Below, in pieces: positions 1-7,816 of a stretch of 64,000 nucleotides of DNA (its first letter is position 1; each line of letters begins with the position of its first letter). The position numbers were made by a program, and so were the translations under genes. The notes beneath the pieces are model-generated. The model was not told the origin of the DNA, made no database searches, and worked only from the letters and a program-made list of their open reading frames with translations. The DNA lies in the NCBI GenBank assembly GCA_964464595.1, contig CAYXGW010000002.1, forward strand, positions 753-64,752, in the 5' to 3' direction. Origin of the DNA: an uncultured Deferribacteres bacterium. Its GTDB lineage: Bacteria; Zhuqueibacterota; JdFR-76; DREG01.

Positions 1-1525
1 TGCCATCCGGAAATTTGAAGCCGCCTGTCCTCGATTCAATGGTGCCCGCAACAGAAAGCATTTCAGTTGGGAAATTGGTACCAATACCAACACCCCCGGC
101 GGCGCGAATTAAGAATTGGCTATCTGCCGAAGAGCCAAAAACGCCTCCGGAAGAATCAGACCATACAAATGCCCCGGTATGGTTTGCTTCGGCCTTTCGT
201 CCGGCAGCGAAACTGTAATTACCCCTGGCAAAATTAAATAACCCTCCGGGAACAGTTGAATGTTTTCCAGTAGCACCATTGACGCTCCCTCCTGAAACAG
301 TAGCCAGGAGGCCAGATGCTACGTTTCGCGTCCCACCCCCTATTGTTGAGAGCTCACCGCTAGCTTTATTGTTTAAGCCCCCACCGACTGTAGCAATCTG
401 GGCGGAGAATAAATCGGTATCCCCATCGCCAGCCTGGTTGTCTAGACCTCCCCCAATTGTACCGTAATGATCTGTAACTATGTTAGGTGAAATGCTACTT
501 CCTCCTCCGCCTATACTCACTCCTCCGGCCCCGTTTGTCGCCAAGTTAGTTGCGCCACCTCCAATGACATTGACAAAATCGTCTGCTGACGATTCCAAAC
601 GAAGTGCTTGTCGACCAAATACACGGAATACCAAAGGTATGTTGTCGATTGTGCCCACGAAATTGCTGTCAGGATTGGTTCCGCTGTTGCCGTTCAGGGA
701 CCAACTGGTATTGTTATCGCTGTTGGCAGCCGGCTGCCAGGTGCCCGTACCGGAAGCATCAGAAGTCAGCACAAAACCGCTGGATGCGCCCGTTGGCAAT
801 TTGAAGCCCAGCGTTTGGGTGGTTCCGGCAACATCGAGCCTATGGGCAGGAGTGGTCGTCCCAATGCCAACATTGCCGCCGGTATCAATCGTCATTCTTG
901 TTCCTGTAAGTCCCTTGAAATGCAATCTGCTTTCAAATCCGATGGTTAATTCATCAGACGCCACTATTCTCTGATGTTGACTATCGTTAGAAAACATCTG
1001 TAGAGTCTGGGATAATGGATTTGTTTTGCTTACCAACTTAAGGGTACCATTGGTTTTGATACCTCCTGCGACATCGAGTTTGCTATTTGGGTCTGGAGAA
1101 GTAGTGCCAATACCAACGGTGCCTTCGGAAGGAAAAACGTTGGAATTACCGAGCACTGACAATGAAGAAAAACTATAGGCGGAAGAAGTAAGCTCTGTGC
1201 GAGGCTGCAATTCAGTGCCGCCATCGATTGATATTCCGAGCCAGTATTGCTTGTCGAAAGCCAAATCTATCGGATTCACGCTGCCCAGGATTACGTCTAG
1301 AATTCCGTCAACCAGATCCAAGGATTGCGTTTCCGTCCAGATTGACGTTCCGCCCGTATTCACGTCATAAAAGTTAAAAGTGATCTGGAAGCTGCCATCA
1401 GGCACAACAGTGCCACTGTCATCAGTCAATACGGCCTGGTAGCTAATGGTTTTCGGAATCTGGCCAAAAACACTCATTATGAAAACAGCTAAAAGAAAAA
1501 CTATGGTTAAGTTGATTTTTCTCAT
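1..1525 (-). CDS. Glycine-rich tail-fibre-like / collagen-like cell-surface protein with an N-terminal signal peptide. The 5' end (ATG at 1523-1525) is complete; the 3' end runs off the window.
   Basis: The uninterrupted minus-strand frame translates as MRKINLTIVFLLAVFIMSVFGQIPKTISYQAVLTDDSGTVVPDGSFQITFNFYDVNTGGTSIWTETQ..., followed by repeated IGTTSP / LDVAGG / TIGGG motifs typical of Bacteroidetes 'tail fiber domain' surface proteins. It is absent from the ORF track only because it runs off the window edge. The plus-strand ORFs at 15-974 are shadow ORFs of this gene. Confidence 0.6.
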   Translation of the reverse strand, partial: MRKINLTIVFLLAVFIMSVFGQIPKTISYQAVLTDDSGTVVPDGSFQITFNFYDVNTGGTSIWTETQSLDLVDGILDVILGSVNPIDLAFDKQYWLGISIDGGTELQPRTELTSSAYSFSSLSVLGNSNVFPSEGTVGIGTTSPDPNSKLDVAGGIKTNGTLKLVSKTNPLSQTLQMFSNDSQHQRIVASDELTIGFESRLHFKGLTGTRMTIDTGGNVGIGTTTPAHRLDVAGTTQTLGFKLPTGASSGFVLTSDASGTGTWQPAANSDNNTSWSLNGNSGTNPDSNFVGTIDNIPLVFRVFGRQALRLESSADDFVNVIGGGATNLATNGAGGVSIGGGGSSISPNIVTDHYGTIGGGLDNQAGDGDTDLFSAQIATVGGGLNNKASGELSTIGGGTRNVASGLLATVSGGSVNGATGKHSTVPGGLFNFARGNYSFAAGRKAEANHTGAFVWSDSSGGVFGSSADSQFLIRAAGGVGIGTNFPTEMLSVAGTIESRTGGFKFPDG

Positions 1526-1598
1526 TTTCTCCTCCGGCGGAAGTTAATTAAGTTAAATTTATATTCACATATACCAACATTTATGCCAAAGCCAATCA

Positions 1599-1634
1599 AA
1601 AACAAAAAACCCTTTAAGCAATTAGCCTAAAGGG
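1599..1634 (-). terminator. Rho-independent terminator downstream of the GAF/sigma-54 activator gene
   Basis: The hairpin CCCTTTA(N11)TAAAGGG is flanked by an A-run on the plus strand, which gives a stem followed by TTTTTTGTTTTT on the minus strand. Confidence 0.5.
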
Positions 1635-1746
1635 TTATTTTAATTGAAGTTACTATTCTTAACCTAGCTTATCATCTTTTTCAAATCATCAGCTAAATTA
1701 TATTCTATTTGATATAATTATATCTTAATTGATATAAAATAGGTAG

Positions 1747-3336
1747 TCATTTTTCTGACTTAAACATAGAAGGTTCAATACCATATTTAACCATTTTATC
1801 ATAATAATTTTTATAGGTCATCTTTGAGATTTGCGCTGCGGCACTGATGTTGCCTTTAGCTTTACTTAAATTCGCAATGATGTAATCCTTCTCGAAAGTT
1901 TCCATAATTTGTTGTTTTGCTTCTTTAAATGATAAATTAATTTTTGATTCTGTTGGTACTTGTGAAATATTGAATACATTTTCCGGCAGGAGTTTTGGAA
2001 CGATACATTTATCTTCTGTTAAAACCACTGCTCGTTGAATAATATTTTCTAATTCACGTATATTTCCAGGGTAATCATAATCCATTAACATTGATTCTGT
2101 CTCATGGGATAACTGCAAATTCTTCTTGTTCGATTTATCTCCAAATAATTTTAGAAAATGTTGAATGAGAAGAGGAATATCGCTTTTCCGGTCACGTAAT
2201 GGCGGAATCTCAATTTCAATCACCTTTAAGCGGTAGTACAGATCTTCTCTGAAGCCACTATTATTTATTAATTGTGTTAGATCTTTATTCGTTGCCGTTA
2301 CAATCCGTACATCTGATGAATGAATGGATGTATCTCCGACCTTGCTATATTCTCCCGTTTGTAGTACCCGCAATAATTTAACTTGTAATGCAGGCGACAT
2401 TTCACTAATTTCGTCCAGGAAGATGGTACCGCCATCGGCGCTTTCGAACCAGCCAATTTTATCTTTAATAGCCCCGGTAAATGCGCCGTGAACATGGCCG
2501 AAAAGCTCAGATTCCAAAATATTCTCAGGAAGAGCGCCGCAATTAATGGGTACGAACGGCATATTGCTGCGATTGCCATTAAAATGAAGCGCCCGGGCAA
2601 CCAGTTCTTTTCCCGTGCCGCTTTCTCCCAGGATCATAATCGTTGTATCTGCATCTGCAATTTGAGTGATAAGCTTAAGAATCTCCACCATTTTAGGATG
2701 ATGGCTTACTATATTGCCAAATTGATATTTCCGTCGTAATTCTTTTTCCAAGGCTTGCACATGGTTATGCAGCATTTTTCGGGTCAATGCATGGTGCGCT
2801 GCAAGTGAAACAAAATCTGCAAACATTTCTACGAAAGTAAAGGTTTCGCGCTTAAAAGCGCCTTTAACGGTTCGATTTTCAAGATAGATTACGCCAAATA
2901 CATCCTGGCTGTGCATCATAGGTAAACAGATTACTGAAAGGATTTTTAGCCGCGTTGCACTTTTACTCTGTAGTTCAGGATCTTCCAAAGCATTGCGCAG
3001 GCAGATTTGCTTATGTTGTGTTTTTACTTTGTTTATAATTGTCCTGCTGATCTCAAATTCAGGATGATCAATATTTTCTTTGCGAAGATTCCTGGCTGTT
3101 TCAAATAGATTATTTCCGTCATCATCGAAAAGGATGATCATCCCACGCTCGGCTCCGGAAATTTCTACGACCTGATCCATCGCAACTGCCAATAAGCGAT
3201 TCACATCAGATTCAGTTAATAGTAGTTTACCAATTTCAAGAAGATGTTGGAGCATTGCAGATTCATCAGTTCCGGAATTATCAACACGCCGTTCTACTTG
3301 ATTTTTTTTTGAACCAATCCTAAATTTCATCATCAA
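1747..3336 (-). CDS. Sigma-54-dependent transcriptional activator (bacterial enhancer-binding protein) with an N-terminal GAF sensor domain
   Basis: The central AAA+ domain has the Walker A motif GESGTGKE and the sigma-54 contact motif GAFTGA. The N-terminus is GAF-like (LLEIGK...ERGMIILFDDDGN). The C-terminus is a Fis-type HTH (AAAQISKMTYKNYYDKMVKYGI). Confidence 0.85.
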   Translation of the reverse strand: MMMKFRIGSKKNQVERRVDNSGTDESAMLQHLLEIGKLLLTESDVNRLLAVAMDQVVEISGAERGMIILFDDDGNNLFETARNLRKENIDHPEFEISRTIINKVKTQHKQICLRNALEDPELQSKSATRLKILSVICLPMMHSQDVFGVIYLENRTVKGAFKRETFTFVEMFADFVSLAAHHALTRKMLHNHVQALEKELRRKYQFGNIVSHHPKMVEILKLITQIADADTTIMILGESGTGKELVARALHFNGNRSNMPFVPINCGALPENILESELFGHVHGAFTGAIKDKIGWFESADGGTIFLDEISEMSPALQVKLLRVLQTGEYSKVGDTSIHSSDVRIVTATNKDLTQLINNSGFREDLYYRLKVIEIEIPPLRDRKSDIPLLIQHFLKLFGDKSNKKNLQLSHETESMLMDYDYPGNIRELENIIQRAVVLTEDKCIVPKLLPENVFNISQVPTESKINLSFKEAKQQIMETFEKDYIIANLSKAKGNISAAAQISKMTYKNYYDKMVKYGIEPSMFKSEK

Positions 3337-3538
3337 TAAATAACAATTTAAATTTTGAGCCCTTTTTTTAGGAAAAAGAAACTATAGCAATATAACAATA
3401 TTTATTTGATATATCTCTACCATTTTTATCGGTTGTTATACCTTCAAATCAATATAGATTAACAAACCAATACCATTAATCTATATCTTTCCCTCAAAGG
3501 ATTGTTTCTCACCCTAAATATCTCACTTATTTACTTAT

Positions 3539-6500
3539 TTATTCCCGTTCACCTTCTACAATTTTCAGCATCTGGTTGACTGGTACGTCATCCAAGACTG
3601 TGACAATCCCGCTCGGCCATTTCACTTCGATTCGATCCACCCTATCCGCAGTTCCAAGGCCAAAATGAACCGGCTGGGAGCTTTGAAATCCCTCTCCCAA
3701 ATCCCCACCGTCAACATACCTCATCTGTGTTAAATCGCCGGCAGTAGCAATAATCCTGGCACCAAAACCGTCCCGGTTACTTTTCGTTCCAATCAATTTG
3801 ATCTTTAGCCAATGCTTTGACGTCGCTCTATTCCGGTAAAGAATTTTATTATCCCCGCTTAGAGCAAAGAGATCGAGAAAACCATCATTATTATAGTCCC
3901 CAAACGCGGCAATGTCCAGATGTAATGGGCTAGATACTCCAGCCAGTTTAGTAACATTTGTAAATGTTCCGTTGCCGTTATTGCGATAAAGTACATTTAC
4001 CTGGTTGTTCAAATTAGACACAAAAATGTCCAGATCGCCGTCATTGTCAAAATCGCCAAAAGCAGAGTTGGAGCCGTCTCCGCTATCACCAACCCCAGCT
4101 TCGGAAGTAACATCTGTAAAAGTGTAATCAGGTGCTCCTTCATTGCGGAAGAGAAAATTCGAATATGCCGTATGAAATACACCCCGGGTAACGTAAAGGT
4201 CCAAATCACCATCATTGTCATAATCGCCAAAAACTATTCCTCGGCTTCGGTCCCCTATTCCAAGACCCACAAGCAGGGTAACATCCGTGAAGGCGCCGTT
4301 GCCGTTGTTCTTGTACAAGACATTATTACCATAATAAACGGATATATAGATATCCTGATCGCCGTCATTGTCGTAATCCACAAAAACGCATCCATGAGCC
4401 CAACCCTTGAAAACGATGTTTGATTCTGCTGTAATGTCTGTAAATTGCCATTGCGGTGGGCCGTTATTCTTGTATAAGGCAGCTGCACGACTGGTATCAT
4501 TGGAGAGAAAAAGATCAAGATAACCATCGTTGTTATAATCGCCAAAGGCACTATGAGTAGATTTGTCTTCATTTGTGATTCCGGAAACTCCGGAAACATC
4601 AGAAACATCTTCAAAAGTTCCATTGCCTTTATTTCTAAATAGAATTTTGGGGCCAAAGGCTGTAACAAATATATCCACAAAACCATCTTTATCATAATCA
4701 ACAAAGCCCACTCCCGCATGTGCTCCCGATACTTTGTCTAATCCTGTTGAGGCTGAAGTATTCGTAAATGAGAACCCTTTGTTCTCACCATTATTTCGAT
4801 ATAGAATGCTGGGCACATCTTTCATTTGGATGTAGAGGTCCAGGTTGTCATCATTGTCAAAATCAAAGATTCCAAACATTGACCCTCCGGAAGAAGTATT
4901 TATCCCAACCTGGGAAATTACATTCGTGAAGATGGGTCTGCCAAAAACCTGAATACGGTTATTGGTTCCATCCGAAACCACAATATTTCCATAATCATCT
5001 ACTAGTGTGCTAGCCGGATTATTGAAATCCCCTTCCCCGGAGCCATGAACACCGAACTGATAGAGATAATTTCCGGATGAATCGAAAACCTGGATACGAT
5101 TATTGCCTGAATCCGTAACGATTATATTGTCCTCATTATCTAACGTGATTCCAGTAGGCAAATCAAATTGACCTTCACCGGAACCGGACTCACCGAATTT
5201 GAAGAGAAAACGGCCAGATGAATCGAACACCTGGACACGACGATTCTGAAACTCAAGAACAATGATATTACCGGAGTCATTCACAACCACACCACATGGA
5301 TTATAAAATTGTCCATCACCCAATTCCAAAGGACCTGAACCATCAGGATCGACACAAAGTCTGCCAGTGTCGATACTGCATGAATTACCGAATTTGAATA
5401 AAAGATTACCGGAAGAATCAAATACCTGGATGCGATTGTTAAAGAGATCTGCAACGAGAATATTATTTGAGTGGTCCACCGTTATACCGTATGGGCGGTC
5501 AAATTGGCCGTCGCCAATTTCGAGAGGGCCAGATCCATCCGGGTCAACACAGCTTTCATCTATTTCAATTGTACATTCACTACCAAATTCAAACAGGAAA
5601 TTTCCAAAGGAATCAAATACCTGGACACGATGATTGAAAGTATCTGCAATCAAAATATTACCTGAGCTGCTAATCGCAACTCCAGTGGGCTGATTAAAAT
5701 TACCATTCTCCGTTCCAAAAGCGCCAAACTCGGAGAGAACATTTCCCATCAAATCGAATACCTGGATTCGGTGATTCATTTTATCTGCAATGAGCAAATC
5801 GCCTGAATGATTAAAAGCAAGGCCCGCGGGTTGATCAAATTGTCCTTCACCATTTCCGGGGAAACCGAAATCGTATAAAAACTTGACGGATTGAGTTTCA
5901 ATCTTGTTTTGATCCTTAAACATAAAAAGGGCAACGTATAATGTTACAAAGAAAACAGCGGCAATTAGCGGCCAAAAAATCAATGATCTTTTTTTAGGGT
6001 GAGAGGTTTTCTTTTCCAATTTTTTAAGATCATTTATGAAACCTTGTAAGCTAGAATATCTTTCATCAACACTTTTTTTCAGTAGCATGTCTACCATTCC
6101 GGACATTTCAGGTGAGATATTTTTATTCTCAAGTTGAATATCCGACGGATCATCTTCGATGATTTTCGATAAAGTCGTGATATTCGTTTTCGCCTGAAAT
6201 GGTAATTTACCTGTTAAAGCTTCATACAAGACAACCCCAAAGGAAAAGATATCTGTTCGGGAATCCAGTGTCTTGCCTTGTGCCTGTTCAGGCGACATGT
6301 AAGAAACAGTCCCCATTATGCTGGTTAAGGCCAATGTATCTTTAGTAAAAGCCAGTTCCTTATTTATTTGGATATTATTTTTGCCACCGACATCGGATTC
6401 AATTGAATCGGAAGCAAGTTTAGCCAAACCGAAGTCCATAATTTTCACATAACCTTCCCGAGTCACCATTATATTATCCGGTTTGATGTCCCTATGAATA

Positions 6501-6883
6501 ATCCCTTTATTGTGTGCGGCTTCTAAAGCAGAACAAATTCTAAAACTCAGGTTTATCACTTCGGATTCCGACAAGAAATTTCGGTCAAGCAATATTTCCC
6601 GCAAGGTTTTTCCATCTACAAATTCCATAACAATATAATTGATCCCCTTTTGATGACCGACATCATAAACCGTGCAAATATTTGGATGATTTAAAGCCGA
6701 TGCCGCCTGAGCCTCGTGCATAAATCCGGTTCGATTCTCTTCATTTTTAAGTAAATTAGAAGACAATATTTTGATAGCGACAGAGCGAAGTAAACGTGTA
6801 TCATTGGCCAGGTAAACCTCACTCATTCCTCCTTCACCAATTTTCTTTTCTATGACGTAATGGTTAAGCTTAGTCCCAATCAT
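3539..6883 (-). CDS. Receptor Ser/Thr protein kinase (PknD-like) with a single TM helix and a large ectodomain: 6 NHL repeats, 7 FG-GAP repeats and an UnbV/ASPIC C-terminal domain
   Basis: The N-terminus has Hanks kinase motifs (GEGGMSEVYLA, VAIK, HRDIKPDNIM, DFGLAK, SPE). A hydrophobic segment LIFWPLIAAVFFVTLYVALFMF follows. There are six N(H/N)R(I/V)QVFD NHL repeats and seven FG-GAP-type repeats (FGDYDNDGDLDLYV etc.). The C-terminus RDGFGARIIATAGDLTQMRYVDGGDLGEGFQSSQPVHFGLGTADRVDRIEVKWPSG matches the ASPIC/UnbV domain of CRTAC1-like proteins. Confidence 0.85.
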   Translation of the reverse strand: MIGTKLNHYVIEKKIGEGGMSEVYLANDTRLLRSVAIKILSSNLLKNEENRTGFMHEAQAASALNHPNICTVYDVGHQKGINYIVMEFVDGKTLREILLDRNFLSESEVINLSFRICSALEAAHNKGIIHRDIKPDNIMVTREGYVKIMDFGLAKLASDSIESDVGGKNNIQINKELAFTKDTLALTSIMGTVSYMSPEQAQGKTLDSRTDIFSFGVVLYEALTGKLPFQAKTNITTLSKIIEDDPSDIQLENKNISPEMSGMVDMLLKKSVDERYSSLQGFINDLKKLEKKTSHPKKRSLIFWPLIAAVFFVTLYVALFMFKDQNKIETQSVKFLYDFGFPGNGEGQFDQPAGLAFNHSGDLLIADKMNHRIQVFDLMGNVLSEFGAFGTENGNFNQPTGVAISSSGNILIADTFNHRVQVFDSFGNFLFEFGSECTIEIDESCVDPDGSGPLEIGDGQFDRPYGITVDHSNNILVADLFNNRIQVFDSSGNLLFKFGNSCSIDTGRLCVDPDGSGPLELGDGQFYNPCGVVVNDSGNIIVLEFQNRRVQVFDSSGRFLFKFGESGSGEGQFDLPTGITLDNEDNIIVTDSGNNRIQVFDSSGNYLYQFGVHGSGEGDFNNPASTLVDDYGNIVVSDGTNNRIQVFGRPIFTNVISQVGINTSSGGSMFGIFDFDNDDNLDLYIQMKDVPSILYRNNGENKGFSFTNTSASTGLDKVSGAHAGVGFVDYDKDGFVDIFVTAFGPKILFRNKGNGTFEDVSDVSGVSGITNEDKSTHSAFGDYNNDGYLDLFLSNDTSRAAALYKNNGPPQWQFTDITAESNIVFKGWAHGCVFVDYDNDGDQDIYISVYYGNNVLYKNNGNGAFTDVTLLVGLGIGDRSRGIVFGDYDNDGDLDLYVTRGVFHTAYSNFLFRNEGAPDYTFTDVTSEAGVGDSGDGSNSAFGDFDNDGDLDIFVSNLNNQVNVLYRNNGNGTFTNVTKLAGVSSPLHLDIAAFGDYNNDGFLDLFALSGDNKILYRNRATSKHWLKIKLIGTKSNRDGFGARIIATAGDLTQMRYVDGGDLGEGFQSSQPVHFGLGTADRVDRIEVKWPSGIVTVLDDVPVNQMLKIVEGERE

Positions 6884-7316
6884 TGCCGATATTTTGCCCT
6901 TGCTTATGTTCCAAGTTTAAATAAAGGTAATCAATATTTGAATTAGATTATGATTTTGTTGATCCCCACTTATCGTTTTCTATGCGTTTCAGATTAACTT
7001 TTCCGTTGCAGCAGGGTTCAACAACAACTTTACAGTATTCGCATTGACCAACAATAAATAACTTAATACTAATTGACCAGAAATAATATACTGTCTAGAT
7101 GGTAGAATGGCGAGATATTCTTTAATAAATTGACAATTTTGGGTGCTATGGTGTTGCTGTTCCTGAAACAGTTTACTAGATTTTAAGCAAAAAATCTGAA
7201 GTTCTCTTATTGGAAATAAGAATCAAAAGGTAATATTTATAAAGATAAGTCATTAACTCAACAGCAAAAATCGGACAGTCAAAGTTGAGTCGGCGAATGA
7301 GTTTATTAGTTCCCAA

Positions 7317-7814
7317 TCAAGTAAGATTGAATTGTTTATATAATGTTTCCCAAACTTCGTCTAAGCCTACTGAGATAACTTTTGTTTCCCCAATCACCGG
7401 CATAAAATTTATGTCGCCATTCCATCGCGGAACGATATGATAATGCAAATGATCTTTTATTCCCGCACCAGCGACTCTGCCAAGATTCATTCCAATGTTA
7501 TACCCATGAGGTTCAAAGGTATTTTCAAAAGCTTTCATAGAATCCTCGAGCAAATTCATGAGTTCCAATTTTTCATCCGAATTTAGCTCATCAAAACGAT
7601 TCGTATGCTTGTATGGAACAATCATTAAATGGCCGCTATTATAGGGAAATTTGTTCATAATTACGAAAGAATGTGTTGCGCGTTGGAGGATTAAATTTTC
7701 TCGATCCTTTTCCGGGTCTTGAGCAGGAAGATCACAAAAAATGCAACCATCCTCATTGATGCGATCAGCAGATTTAATGTATTGGAGTCGCCATGGAGCC
7801 CACAATATATCCAT
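7317..7814 (-). CDS. HIT-family nucleotide hydrolase/transferase (Ap4A phosphorylase / GalT-like branch)
   Basis: It has the histidine triad HLHYHIVPRW and a CIFC motif. It sits immediately downstream (3-bp gap) of the EF-G-like gene. Confidence 0.7.
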   Translation of the reverse strand: MDILWAPWRLQYIKSADRINEDGCIFCDLPAQDPEKDRENLILQRATHSFVIMNKFPYNSGHLMIVPYKHTNRFDELNSDEKLELMNLLEDSMKAFENTFEPHGYNIGMNLGRVAGAGIKDHLHYHIVPRWNGDINFMPVIGETKVISVGLDEVWETLYKQFNLT

Positions 7815-7816
7815 AA

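Noticed and set aside
15-974. Five plus-strand ORFs (67-164 aa) with Pro/Ala-rich low-complexity translations
   Set aside because: They lie antisense to the long uninterrupted minus-strand tail-fibre-like gene (1-1525). Their composition is the mirror of its Gly-rich codons, so they are shadow ORFs.
2298-2739. Two ORFs (100 and 83 aa) overlapping the sigma-54 activator gene
   Set aside because: They lie inside the conserved AAA+ domain coding region of the 529-aa enhancer-binding protein and are frame-shadow ORFs.
4009-4719. ORFs of 73-154 aa on both strands inside the kinase gene
   Set aside because: They are embedded in the 1114-aa kinase ORF and have hydrophobic low-complexity translations with no independent start signals.
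6884-7316. Possible sigma-54 promoter (TTGCA element at about 7006) upstream of the kinase gene
   Set aside because: No GG -24 element (TGGCAC) sits at the correct 5-nt spacing on either strand, so it was not called.
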